DNA of 64,000 bases from Candidatus Norongarragalinales archaeon (GTDB lineage: Archaea > Micrarchaeota > Micrarchaeia > Norongarragalinales > Norongarragalinaceae). The notes beneath the pieces are model-generated. The model had not been told where the DNA came from. It made no database searches and saw nothing but the letters and a program-made list of their open reading frames with translations. Below are positions 38,533 to 48,068 of the stretch, piece by piece. The position numbers and the translations under genes are program-made. Location of the stretch: contig JAWABJ010000001.1 of assembly GCA_038884755.1 (NCBI GenBank), forward strand, positions 32,001 to 96,000. The letters are read 5' to 3'. Each line of letters begins with the position of its first letter. Position 1 is the stretch's first letter.

Positions 38533-38826
38533 ATGAAGGACGTATACGCGGCTTTGCTCCTGCACAGTGCAGGCCAGCCCATAAGCGAGGAAAACGTCTC
38601 CAAAGTGTTGAGCGCGGCAGGCGTCAAGGAAGACGCTACGAAAGTCAAGGCGCTAGTAGCTGCTTTGGAAGGCGTTAACATCGAAGAGGCTGTGAAGCAA
38701 GCGGCTTTCGCGCCGGTTGCTGCTGCGCCCGCAGGCGAAGCCAAGAAGGAAGAGAAGAAGGACGAGGTCAGCGAAGAGAAGAAGGAAGAAGAAGCCGCTG
38801 CCGGTCTTGCTGCTTTGTTCGGTTGA
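38533..38826 (+). CDS. rpl12: 50S ribosomal protein L12 (P1)
   Basis: [10 protein letters not shown] ... [10 protein letters not shown]. Confidence 0.97.
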   Translation: MKDVYAALLLHSAGQPISEENVSKVLSAAGVKEDATKVKALVAALEGVNIEEAVKQAAFAPVAAAPAGEAKKEEKKDEVSEEKKEEEAAAGLAALFG

Positions 38827-38860
38827 AAACCCTTTTTTTTTCAGTTTTTTCAACCCGAAC
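38817..38860 (+). terminator. Probable terminator of the r-protein operon
   Basis: T-runs after the stop inside a GGTTGAAAA/TTTTCAACC inverted repeat. Confidence 0.55.
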
Positions 38861-39077
38861 AATCTCAAGGCTATTCCTATTGCTATTTCTAAAACGGTTA
38901 AACTCGAAGTTTCTAAAGTGCTTTCAATAGTTTTGCAAAGCTTTCGTTAAGCTCTATTCTCTCCTTAAGGGCTTTGAAAGGCGTGAGCCACTAGGGTTCC
39001 GAAAAGTTTTCTTTCGAGTTGTCGTGGAAAGACAATTCCGACAAGTCTTTGCACGAGCATTCTTTTCTTGAGATGGT

Positions 39078-39491
39078 TCAGCCTGCTTTGCTTGCAGGCT
39101 GGCCGGGCAAGTTCATTATGCGCGTGCGCGGCACGTTGACGGGCGCGGAAACGTTGATGCCGAAAGCCAAGAGCGTTCCAACCGTGCTCGTTATATAGTT
39201 TATAGCCATGAGCACTTCCTCGGCTATTTCGTTGGGCATTTGCTTGGTTTTCTTCCACTCTTCGGTCATTTTCTTTCTTTCCTTGTCGTCAGCCTCGGCG
39301 TAAACCACGCCTTTGATGCGCATTTTGGCGTAATTGTCCTTGTACGTAGTGGCGTGTTCGAAGTGCAGTTCCAGGCGCTTGTCGACTTCCTTCAAGTCCG
39401 TTACTTGAATGTTTATGTCGTAACCCTTGAACTCGTTTCCATCGAGCTTTTCGGCGCCCAGCGATATTACCCTTCCACCGTTTACTTTCAT
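39078..39491 (-). CDS. Hypothetical protein, probably a conserved archaeal family
   Basis: 137-aa ORF with GGAGG RBS; beta-rich N-terminus, helical C-terminus. Confidence 0.75.
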   Translation of the reverse strand: MKVNGGRVISLGAEKLDGNEFKGYDINIQVTDLKEVDKRLELHFEHATTYKDNYAKMRIKGVVYAEADDKERKKMTEEWKKTKQMPNEIAEEVLMAINYITSTVGTLLAFGINVSAPVNVPRTRIMNLPGQPASKAG

Positions 39492-39591
39492 CGCAATCCA
39501 AACCTCCGTTAAAATGAATGTTTTGTTGCAACAGAAACAGCTTTGCTTGGAACAAAGTGTTCGGCTTTAATTATTTGGTTGCAGCGCGTTT

Positions 39592-40266
39592 TTATAAGCT
39601 AACGGTTTCGCCCACTTTCAAAACAACGGGGTTGGTTTTGGTCGAAATGGAAACGCGCCTGGCGAAATCTTCTGCGCTTGCTTTTATTCGGTCGAAAGTG
39701 TTGTAGTGCATTGGAATAGCGTTCTTCGCGCGCATTCTCTTAAGCGAGGTTACGGCCCCGATGATGTCCATGGTAAACGTGCCCCCGATGGGCACCAACG
39801 CCGTCTTCACGTCTACGCTTGCAAGATCGTAAAAATCATAAGTGTCGCCCGCGTGGTAGAGCGTTTCTCTCCCCACGCCGATGATGTAGCCTACTGGGTA
39901 TACTGATTGCGGGTGTTTTGCCGGCGTAACGCTTATTTGCGTTCCCATTAGAGTGAATGAATCGCCTTCCTGCACGGGCACGCGCGAGCGTGCCGGGACG
40001 TCGAGCAAAGCGAGGGTTTCTTCCGGCGCTACGACTTGCGCTAGCGTTCTTGATTGTATGACGCCCACGCTATAGGGGTCGCAGTGGTCGAAATGCTCGT
40101 GCGTCAGGAGAATCAAGTCGCATTTCGTGATTTGGTTGGGCGCGAGGGCGGGGGGTATCAAGCGTTCAAGCTGCCTCGGTTTAGAGTCGAGCCACGGGTC
40201 TATCAAAATAGTGCGGGGGCCCATTTCCACCAGAAAGCTCGAATGCCCGATGTAGGTTACGTTCAT
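39592..40266 (-). CDS. Metallo-beta-lactamase-fold hydrolase (UPF0173-like)
   Basis: YIGHSSF, IDPW, THEHFDH, YHAGDT, IPMHY. Confidence 0.92.
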   Translation of the reverse strand: MNVTYIGHSSFLVEMGPRTILIDPWLDSKPRQLERLIPPALAPNQITKCDLILLTHEHFDHCDPYSVGVIQSRTLAQVVAPEETLALLDVPARSRVPVQEGDSFTLMGTQISVTPAKHPQSVYPVGYIIGVGRETLYHAGDTYDFYDLASVDVKTALVPIGGTFTMDIIGAVTSLKRMRAKNAIPMHYNTFDRIKASAEDFARRVSISTKTNPVVLKVGETVSL

Positions 40267-40333
40267 TTTTTTTTGCCTTTTCGAAAGTCGTTTCAGAACA
40301 ATCTTTAATAGCATCCGTCCGTTAAAAAAAGGT

Positions 40334-41173
40334 ATGTCTAGGGGCGTGGTTTTCGGGCCCGGCGGAGTGCCCATACAGTGCAAGGGCGGCAGCATGGCCG
40401 AGGGCGTGCTCTTCACAAAGCGCTTGGGTTTGGGTGCGATTGAGTGGGAATTGGTTCACGGCGCCAAGGTGAAGCAGGAAACTGCTGAAAAAGTAGGCTT
40501 GGCAATAAAAGAAACGCGATTGCGTTTGAGCGCTCACGCGCCTTACTACATTTCACTTATTTCCCACGAGCATCCCAAACGCAAGAAAAGCTACGAGTAC
40601 GTTTTGGATACTGCCAGGGCGGTGCACTATGCTGGCGGAGGGCGGGTGGTTTTTCATCCTGGCTTTTACGGGAAGTGGGACAAGAAGAAGGCGTTCGAGG
40701 AGATGAAAGGAGAATTCGTGTTTTTGCTTGAGGAAATTAAAAAACAAAAACTCAACGCCTCGCTTTGGCCTGAAGTGACGGGAAAGCTTTCGGCTTGGGG
40801 CTCTCTGGAAGAGCTTTTGGAAATGCGCTCGCAAGTCAAAGGCATCGGGGTGTGCATAGATTTTTCGCACGTGCACGCGCGTTCTCAAGGCGGTTTGGAC
40901 TCGAAAAAGGATTTCGAGAAAACGTTCGATTTGCTTGAAAGCTATGGCCGCGGGATTCTCGACGAAATGCACGCGCACTTCCAGAGCGTAAGGTACGGTG
41001 CGAAGGGCGAGCTTTCGCACTTGGAAATAAGCGAAGACAGCCCTCCTTGGAAGCCGTTCGTGGAGATGCTTGTCGAGAGAAATTGTGGGGGGACGATCAT
41101 TTGCGAAAGCCCGGTTTTGGAGGCCGATGCGTTGCGCATGCAGAAATACTACTCTTCCCTTGCTGGAAAGTGA
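40334..41173 (+). CDS. nfo: Endonuclease IV-like TIM-barrel protein
   Basis: SAHAPYYI, FHPG, PEVTGK, DFSHVHAR, ICESP. Confidence 0.88.
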   Translation: MSRGVVFGPGGVPIQCKGGSMAEGVLFTKRLGLGAIEWELVHGAKVKQETAEKVGLAIKETRLRLSAHAPYYISLISHEHPKRKKSYEYVLDTARAVHYAGGGRVVFHPGFYGKWDKKKAFEEMKGEFVFLLEEIKKQKLNASLWPEVTGKLSAWGSLEELLEMRSQVKGIGVCIDFSHVHARSQGGLDSKKDFEKTFDLLESYGRGILDEMHAHFQSVRYGAKGELSHLEISEDSPPWKPFVEMLVERNCGGTIICESPVLEADALRMQKYYSSLAGK

Positions 41174-41219
41174 AAAACGCGCTCCATCTGTTTTTAAACT
41201 TTAATTCGCTATTTTTGTC

Positions 41220-42626
41220 ATGAACACTCAGGCTTGGGTAGAGCGCTTTTCCAAGTGCAAGGCGCCGAAACTAGCGGGCGTGCTTACGGCTTTCAACGCG
41301 AACGTCGACGCGATTGTTTTGGGGCTAGGGCAGCCGAACAGGGTTTTGGCTTCGCTTTCAGATTCCGAATTGGCCGAGGTCGAGAGGAAGAGCGACAGCG
41401 AGTTCAGGGAAGTGAAGACTCCCACGGATTTTTTCGCCGCTTTGCTGCATTCAGTGAAAACCGGCAAGGCTATGCACTTGCACGCTTCGCCGGGGGTTTT
41501 CGACTGGATAGGCAGTGTTTTCACCGCTGATGAAACTCGCATTGGCGGGCAGGCGGGAATAATGGCCAACCAGCTCGCCGCTTTCAACGACTCCGTGGTC
41601 GCTTACACTTCTTTGCTTTCCCCTTTGCAAGCTTCTTTCTTCGACCCTAAAGTGTGCTTTCCTTCGGCGAGCGGCAAAAAGCTAGCATGCCTTCCAGCGA
41701 AGAAGGCGGCGCGCAAGGGCGACGCCACCAAAGTGAATTGGATTTTCGAGTTCAAGTTCGGAGAGAAGATGAGAGCGAAAAGCGAATTTCATTCTCCTCG
41801 CGCCAACCGCCTAATAATATCTTCTCCAATCCACTACACCCCCGTTTTCGAAAACGTTGACGTGAAACAACTGGCCAAAAACGCCGGAGCTGCTTTGCTT
41901 TCGGGCTTTCAACACATTCACGACTCCAAGGAATTGCCTAAGGTTTTGAAGACCATAACCTCACAAATTTCGGAAATGAAAAAAGCGAACGCGAAAATCG
42001 CGGTGCACTGGGAGTTCGTGCCGATGGAAGACAAGAAGGCCGAAAAGCTGGTTTTGCTCGGCGTGGGGAAAGCGGTCGACAGCATGGGTCTGAATGAAGT
42101 TGAGACTGCGGAAGTGTTGAAGGCGCTTGGGGCTAAAAAGGAGGCTGACAGGCTAGGCAAGCTGGAAAATGCCTACACGCTTTACTTGGGCGGGAAAAAA
42201 CTTTTGGAGTTGCTGAAGCTCAAGAGAGTGCACTTGCATTCTTTCGGCTTCCAGCTTTTGGTTTTGAGAAAGCCTTACCCCGTTGCGGTGGAAAAAGCCA
42301 GGGACTCCTTGATTTTTTCTTCCATCGTCGCCGCCCTCAAGGCGCTAAAGGGAAGCGGCTTCATTTCAAAGAAAGAGTTTGAAGACCACAAGCTCGTGCC
42401 TTCCGAAACGGGTTTCAACCAAATCCGTGCTTTGGAGGGCGGTTTGGACGAGGAACGGGTGAAAAGGTTTTCATCGATGGAGCGGCGTTCGCTTTTGGAA
42501 AACGGCATTTTCGAGCTGAAAGATCATTACGTTATCATCGTCCCTTCTCCCATAGTTCATCCGAAAAGCACAGTAGGCTTGGGCGACGTGATTTCCAGCA
42601 TGGCTTTGACTGCCGAGAGAGGCTAG
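41220..42626 (+). CDS. ADP-dependent glucokinase/phosphofructokinase
   Basis: NANVDA, RIGGQAGIMAN, PRANRLI, STVGLGDVIS. Confidence 0.93.
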   Translation: MNTQAWVERFSKCKAPKLAGVLTAFNANVDAIVLGLGQPNRVLASLSDSELAEVERKSDSEFREVKTPTDFFAALLHSVKTGKAMHLHASPGVFDWIGSVFTADETRIGGQAGIMANQLAAFNDSVVAYTSLLSPLQASFFDPKVCFPSASGKKLACLPAKKAARKGDATKVNWIFEFKFGEKMRAKSEFHSPRANRLIISSPIHYTPVFENVDVKQLAKNAGAALLSGFQHIHDSKELPKVLKTITSQISEMKKANAKIAVHWEFVPMEDKKAEKLVLLGVGKAVDSMGLNEVETAEVLKALGAKKEADRLGKLENAYTLYLGGKKLLELLKLKRVHLHSFGFQLLVLRKPYPVAVEKARDSLIFSSIVAALKALKGSGFISKKEFEDHKLVPSETGFNQIRALEGGLDEERVKRFSSMERRSLLENGIFELKDHYVIIVPSPIVHPKSTVGLGDVISSMALTAERG

Positions 42627-42630
42627 GCTT

Positions 42631-44040
42631 ATGCTTAAGCTATTCAACTCGCTTTCGCTGAAGAAGGAAAACTTCAAGCCTCTGCACGGAAAAAGCGTTT
42701 CGCTGTACTCCTGCGGGCCGACAGTATACAACTACGCCCACCTCGGAAATTTCCGGGCGTATTTGTTTTACGACTTGCTGCGGCGTTGGCTGAAGCACGA
42801 AGGTTACGCCTTGAGAAGCGTGATGAACATCACGAACGTCGACGACAAGACCATTCGCGGTTCTCACGAACAAGGCAAAACGCTCAAGGAGTTCACCGGC
42901 TTTTACGAGCAAGCGTTCTTCCAAGATTTGAATGCGCTGGGCATAATGCCTTGCGACTATTACCCGCGGGCAACGGATTTTGTGCCGCAAATGATACAGC
43001 TTACTGAAAAGCTTTTGGACAAGGGCTATGCTTACGAGGGCGAAGACGGGAGCGTGTACTACAAAATCTCGAAATTCAAGCGCTACGGAAAGTTATCGCA
43101 TTTAAACCTCGAGAAGTTGAAGGCAGGAGGAAGCGGAAGGGTTGGGGAAGACGAGTATACGAAAGAAAACGTGAGAGATTTCGCTTTGTGGAAAGCGTGG
43201 ACTTCAGACGACCGAATGGTTTTTTGGGACTCTCCTTTCGGGCGCGGGCGTCCTGGATGGCACATCGAGTGCAGCGCCATGTCAATGCATTACTTGGGGG
43301 AAAGCTTCGACATCCACACTGGCGGTGTAGACTTGAAATTCCCTCATCATGAGAACGAAATCGCACAGAGTGAAGCTGCAACGGGCAAGCGTTTCGCGAA
43401 GTACTGGCTTCACAACGAGCATTTGTTCGTGGAAGGAAGGAAAATGTCGAAGCGGTTCAACAACTTTTACACTTTGCGCGACGTGCTTGCGAAAGGCTAT
43501 TCTGCGAAAGCCGTGCGCTTGTTGCTTTTATCTACTCACTACCGCTCGCAGTTGAACTTTACCTTCAAAGCGTTGGACCACGCTGAGAACACGGTGAAAA
43601 AGCTGAGTGAATTCGCTTTCAGGCTCAAGAGCGCGAGCGGCGGCGAGGGAGACGCGAGTTTGGACAAGGTTTTGGTTCAAACGAAAAATGATTTTGCTCT
43701 TGCTTTGAACGACGATTTGGACGTGGCGAATGCGTTGGCTGCTGTTTTCGATTTCGTAAAGGAATTCAACAAGGCGATTGACAAGAACAAGCTTTCTGCT
43801 GTGCAGGCGAAAAGCGCTCTAGAGTTTTTGAGGGAGTTAGATTCAGTGTTCGGAGTCGTGGATTGGAACGCTTCTCAAGAGGTTTCTCTTGGCAAGGAGG
43901 TGGAAAAACTCGTGCAAGAAAGGGAGAAAGCGCGAAAAGCGAGAGACTTCAAGAAGGCGGACGAAATCCGCGCGTTGCTTAAAGCAAAAGGAATAGTTTT
44001 GGAGGATACCGCGAAGGGCGTGGTTTGGAAGAAAGCGTGA
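42631..44040 (+). CDS. cysS: Cysteinyl-tRNA synthetase
   Basis: CGPTVY, HLGN, PGWHIECS, KMSK. Confidence 0.98.
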   Translation: MLKLFNSLSLKKENFKPLHGKSVSLYSCGPTVYNYAHLGNFRAYLFYDLLRRWLKHEGYALRSVMNITNVDDKTIRGSHEQGKTLKEFTGFYEQAFFQDLNALGIMPCDYYPRATDFVPQMIQLTEKLLDKGYAYEGEDGSVYYKISKFKRYGKLSHLNLEKLKAGGSGRVGEDEYTKENVRDFALWKAWTSDDRMVFWDSPFGRGRPGWHIECSAMSMHYLGESFDIHTGGVDLKFPHHENEIAQSEAATGKRFAKYWLHNEHLFVEGRKMSKRFNNFYTLRDVLAKGYSAKAVRLLLLSTHYRSQLNFTFKALDHAENTVKKLSEFAFRLKSASGGEGDASLDKVLVQTKNDFALALNDDLDVANALAAVFDFVKEFNKAIDKNKLSAVQAKSALEFLRELDSVFGVVDWNASQEVSLGKEVEKLVQEREKARKARDFKKADEIRALLKAKGIVLEDTAKGVVWKKA

Positions 44041-44865
44041 TTACAGGATTCCGCTTTGCTGGAGGACCATCATTTCCTCCCTGCTTATCTTTTCGCCCGC
44101 CTTCAGCCGGTCGTAAATCGCTTTCGCCTTGTTTTCCAGCTTCTTCTGCTGCGCTTGCATTATCCGAGCCTCGTTGCGCAATTCCCTCTGCCTCTCTTCC
44201 ATTTCCTTGAGCTTCCTTTCTCCCACGCTTTTCACCAGCGCCTCGTGTTTTTCTTCCGCAGCGCCTTCCTTTTCCTTGAGCAGTTCCATCGATTTCGAAA
44301 TGCTTTGCTGGAGTGAAGTTATGCTCTTGCTTTCGGCGATGAGCGAACCGTGAGCGGCTTGCGCCTTTTTCGAATGCTCGAGTGCCTTCTCGTGAAAGTG
44401 CTTTTCCTGTTCGATGAGCTTGCCGAGCGAAGCGCGTTCCGCAGAATAGTCTTTCAAAAGCTGTTGGAAGCCTTGCGCTTGCGGCATTTGCTTGAGCAAG
44501 TCCTTGATTTTCTTGGAAAGGTCCTTCTCTTCCTTGGGGGAAAGGTCTTCGGTTTGCAGTATCCATTCCAGCCGCTCGACTTCCTCTTGGATGGCGGCGG
44601 GGTTTCGCCCTGCCCCTTCGGAGCGCATTTTCCCGCGCATTTGCGAAAGCTTTTGCTTTGACGCGGAAATTTGCTCTTTCAGCGAATCGCGCTTGCCGCG
44701 GAATTCGTTCGCCAAAGAGTTTTCTTTATCACGCAGGACCTTGAGTTCGCTTGCCTTGGAAAAGTGCGAGCGCAGTTCGCTTATCTTGCCGCGGTTGTCC
44801 ACCGAGATGGTCCTGACTTCCCGCCTGGCGGAATCGCGTTCGTGCTTTAGCTTGCCGACGTCCAT
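44041..44865 (-). CDS. Archaeal coiled-coil protein (COG1340-like)
   Basis: LEWILQTEDLSPKEEK ... LKAGEKIS. Confidence 0.8.
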   Translation of the reverse strand: MDVGKLKHERDSARREVRTISVDNRGKISELRSHFSKASELKVLRDKENSLANEFRGKRDSLKEQISASKQKLSQMRGKMRSEGAGRNPAAIQEEVERLEWILQTEDLSPKEEKDLSKKIKDLLKQMPQAQGFQQLLKDYSAERASLGKLIEQEKHFHEKALEHSKKAQAAHGSLIAESKSITSLQQSISKSMELLKEKEGAAEEKHEALVKSVGERKLKEMEERQRELRNEARIMQAQQKKLENKAKAIYDRLKAGEKISREEMMVLQQSGIL

Positions 44866-44906
44866 TTTACAATTGCCTTTTTTAGTGTAGAAAAAGATTT
44901 TTCCTT

Positions 44907-45326
44907 TCAGTAAGTCGAATTCGGCTTTTCTTCCGGAGGCAGTTCGAGCTCGATTTCGGTTATGATTTCGTCCAGCTCGGCCCTCTGCTTTTCGAGAACT
45001 TTCTTAATCCTGCGGATGCGCTTTTCGTTCAGCGCTATCTCGCGGTATTTCCTTGCGGCCTTGTTGAAATGCTCTATGCTGAGCGTGAAATACTCTTCCT
45101 CGTTCATGCTCATGGCTATGTCGCCGAGGATTGTTCCCAAAAGCATGTTTGCTTGCACTTTTACGTCGCGCTTGATTTGGTGCGGGTTTTTCATGTTCTG
45201 CTTGATTATTTTCACGACGCGCGCGTTGGGGAACGGCAGGTTTTCGCTTTCCGCCTCCTCTTCGCTGAGCTCTTCGTTTTCTAGCTCTTCAGCCGGCACT
45301 TGCTCTTCCTTCAATTCTTCAGCCAT
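44907..45326 (-). CDS. Histone-fold (NF-YB/HAP3-like) protein with acidic N-tail
   Basis: LPFPNARVVKIIK ... TLSIEHFNKA. Confidence 0.7.
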   Translation of the reverse strand: MAEELKEEQVPAEELENEELSEEEAESENLPFPNARVVKIIKQNMKNPHQIKRDVKVQANMLLGTILGDIAMSMNEEEYFTLSIEHFNKAARKYREIALNEKRIRRIKKVLEKQRAELDEIITEIELELPPEEKPNSTY

Positions 45327-45426
45327 GTGTAAACCACCTTGAAAAATGCCCGGGTTTTGGGAATAGTTTTTCAGTCAAAACCCTCGTGTAGAAATTAGGT
45401 CGGAGGCGGTTAAAAAACCCTTTTTT

Positions 45427-45777
45427 TCAGCGTGGTTTTCGGCTGTCAGAGTACTGGCGTATGGCTTTCGCCCACGCGGTTTTCAGGGAGATTTCGCCCT
45501 TGCTTTCGAGAATGTCTTTGAGCTCCAGTTCTCCTGGTTTTTTTTGGGTGCGTATCACGCCGTGGACGTCCATCATTTCGTGAAGTTTTGCTTTGGTCAT
45601 TAGCATCAAGAAATTCCCGGCTTCTTTGTCTGAAAGCCGCGCTTTGTACTCGTTCAGCCCTCCCCACGTGTATTCGATAGGGTCTCCGGCAGCAGTAGTG
45701 AAGTGCTTGGCCATGTCCATTACTTCGTTGCGCGTTAATTTTCCTTCGTTGACCAGTTGCTTGAGCTTTTCTAACAT
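45427..45777 (-). CDS. Hypothetical protein
   Basis: 116-aa ORF downstream of the peptidase. Confidence 0.6.
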   Translation of the reverse strand: MLEKLKQLVNEGKLTRNEVMDMAKHFTTAAGDPIEYTWGGLNEYKARLSDKEAGNFLMLMTKAKLHEMMDVHGVIRTQKKPGELELKDILESKGEISLKTAWAKAIRQYSDSRKPR

Positions 45778-45790
45778 TTTTTTCCGGACC

Positions 45791-46813
45791 TCACAAAAAC
45801 ACCGCGTCTTCGAAGCGAACTCCAAAGCGCTTCGGAACGTATATTCCCGGTTCTATTGTGAAAACCATTCCTTTCGCTAAACGCACTTCCTCGAGCTTGA
45901 AGCCGTCGTGGACCTTTAAACCCAGGCTGTGCCCCAACGCCAAGCCCGCTTTCTTGAAAGAGTGTTTTCCGAAGCCGTATTCCCTTATCACTTGCTCCGC
46001 CGTTCGCGCGAGGAGCTTTCCTTTCGTTCCAGGTTTGGCGATGCGCTCTGCCGCTTTCTTCGCTTCCGCAACGGCTTCGACCGCGTCTTTGGTTTCCTTG
46101 CTTTTTCCCCAGTAGCGCGTGGTGGTGAAATCGCCGTGGTATTGCCCGCAAGTGGCGCCGCAGTCGATCAAGGCCATTTGGCTGATTTTTTCTTGCGAAG
46201 GGGTAGAGTGGGGGATTGCCGTTTTCGTGCCCGTCGCGATTATGGGCGGGAAGGAGTCCAGCGCCAGCCCCTTCCTCCTGCACGCCCATTCCATGAAGCC
46301 GGCTATTTCGCTTTCGGTGCGCCCTTCCAGCCCGCGGTCTTCCGCCTCTTGCACGCATTTTTTCGTGGCCTGCTGCGCGGTGCGGATGAGTTTTTTTTCT
46401 TTCTCGTCTTTCAGCGCCCGAAAGCCTTCCAGCTGCCGCGAATAGTTTTCGATCTTCACTTTCGCCTTTTTTTCCATTAGCCTGAATCCCACGCGGCTGG
46501 CTTCGGTGGAAAAATCCAAGCCCACGCTTTTGACCTTGTTTTTGGCGAAAAACTTTTTGTAGAAATCCTTCGCTTTCTTCCAAGCGTGCGTTTCGCCGAA
46601 CTGGGGGAAGTCTTTTTCCTTCAGGTCTTCGGTGGTGAACGCGACGCTGGAGTTTTTGGTCACGTACGCCAGGAGGGGCTCGAGAGACCCGGAGTAGTAG
46701 TATGCGTTGGCTTCCGGGTGGTTGACTTGCGTTATGACTGCGCAGTCCACGCGCATTTCCCTTTGCAGCCTTTCCACCCTTGCCTTGAAGTCGAACACCA
46801 CGCGCACCCGCAA
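45791..46813 (-). CDS. Xaa-Pro peptidase (M24B)
   Basis: IPH, DCGA, GDFT, GHSLGLKVHD, TIEPGIY, RFED. Confidence 0.93.
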   Translation of the reverse strand: MRVRVVFDFKARVERLQREMRVDCAVITQVNHPEANAYYYSGSLEPLLAYVTKNSSVAFTTEDLKEKDFPQFGETHAWKKAKDFYKKFFAKNKVKSVGLDFSTEASRVGFRLMEKKAKVKIENYSRQLEGFRALKDEKEKKLIRTAQQATKKCVQEAEDRGLEGRTESEIAGFMEWACRRKGLALDSFPPIIATGTKTAIPHSTPSQEKISQMALIDCGATCGQYHGDFTTTRYWGKSKETKDAVEAVAEAKKAAERIAKPGTKGKLLARTAEQVIREYGFGKHSFKKAGLALGHSLGLKVHDGFKLEEVRLAKGMVFTIEPGIYVPKRFGVRFEDAVFL

Positions 46814-46892
46814 GTCTTTTATTCGATTAAAATCAACTCAATTAACTTTTAGATAAGTATGCTTTGCTATTAAGCAGAATGGTGGTTTTGGA

Positions 46893-47177
46893 ATGAAGAT
46901 TTCTGAATTGACGCCGGGAACGGGAAACGTGGAGCTTGAGGCCGAAGTCGTCGGGATAGAAAAACCGAGGGAGATAAACAAGAACGGGCGGCTGCTGCGC
47001 GTGGCAAACGCCACGCTCAAAGACGATTCCGGAACCATTTCGCTGGTGTTGTGGAACGACGCTATCGACTCGGTCCAAGAGGGGAGCAAGGTCCGCATAA
47101 CCAACGGCTACGTGAACACTTGGCAGGACAAGATGCAACTCACGCTGGGCAAGTTCGGGAAGATGGACGTTCTTTGA
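46893..47177 (+). CDS. ssb: Single OB-fold ssDNA-binding protein
   Basis: DDSGTISLVLW, NGYV, LTLGKFG. Confidence 0.88.
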   Translation: MKISELTPGTGNVELEAEVVGIEKPREINKNGRLLRVANATLKDDSGTISLVLWNDAIDSVQEGSKVRITNGYVNTWQDKMQLTLGKFGKMDVL

Positions 47178-47178
47178 T

Positions 47179-48012
47179 TCAAAATCCGAGGGTTGCGAAT
47201 GCTATTACTCCGGTAAGGAGTGCGTAGAGCGTGTAGTTCCTTATTTTCTTGAGTGAAGCTGGCGTTTGGTTCAAAGCGAGGCTCCACGCGCTCACTAGAA
47301 TCAAGACGTCTGTTGCTGCAATCAAAACCATGTATGCCGGGTTTTGCGTTTGCGTCAACGGCATGAGGCTCATTACGACCGCAACGTGGAACAAGGCTAT
47401 CGCGGCGGCGACGGTTGCTTTTGCCCCTATGACCATGGGCAGGGTCTTCGCGCCTATCTTCCTGTCGCCTTTTACGTCGCGAAGCGTGAGAACAAGCTCG
47501 CGGCCCAAGCCGGCGGCGAGCGAAACCGCGATGAAAAGCATTACGAAGTAGTTTAATTGGCTTGAGACGGCGTAATTGCCGTAGAGGAACGAGATGCTCA
47601 TCGAGCTTGCTATGAACGCGTTGCCCGCCAACGGAAGTTTTTTGAATACCGGGTCGTAGAGCATGGACGCGGCCGTGAAGACCGCCGCAATCAAGAACGC
47701 GGTTTGGTTCACGAAATACGCCGCCGCGACGCCGAGAACGAACAGCGCGAGCGCAGCGTAAAAAGCGGTTTTGGGTTTTATGGCGCCTTTGACCAGCGGC
47801 CGGTCGAAGCGCTTCATCGCCTTGTCTGTTTTAATCCCGAAGTAGTCGTTCCAGGCGAACGCGCCGAGGGTGATCAGTGCTGGACCGACTGCGGGAAAAA
47901 CCATTTCCAGCGCAAAGCGCTTCGCTACGACGAACTCGCTGGCGATTACGGCAATCGCTACTATGAGCGCGTGTTCGGCGCGCGTGAGCGCAATCCAGTC
48001 TTTCAACCGCAT
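47179..48012 (-). CDS. UbiA-family prenyltransferase (DGGGP synthase-like)
   Basis: NDYF...D...RPLVKG, RELVLTLRDVKGD, TLP. Confidence 0.9.
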   Translation of the reverse strand: MRLKDWIALTRAEHALIVAIAVIASEFVVAKRFALEMVFPAVGPALITLGAFAWNDYFGIKTDKAMKRFDRPLVKGAIKPKTAFYAALALFVLGVAAAYFVNQTAFLIAAVFTAASMLYDPVFKKLPLAGNAFIASSMSISFLYGNYAVSSQLNYFVMLFIAVSLAAGLGRELVLTLRDVKGDRKIGAKTLPMVIGAKATVAAAIALFHVAVVMSLMPLTQTQNPAYMVLIAATDVLILVSAWSLALNQTPASLKKIRNYTLYALLTGVIAFATLGF

Positions 48013-48068
48013 AACTATCGTTTGCGCGCCTTGTTTTTAATACTAGGGCGGTTTGTTGCAAAGAATCT

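Noticed and set aside
38861..39077. Possible RNA or small gene after rpl12
   Set aside because: Only weak alternative stems and short unconvincing ORFs
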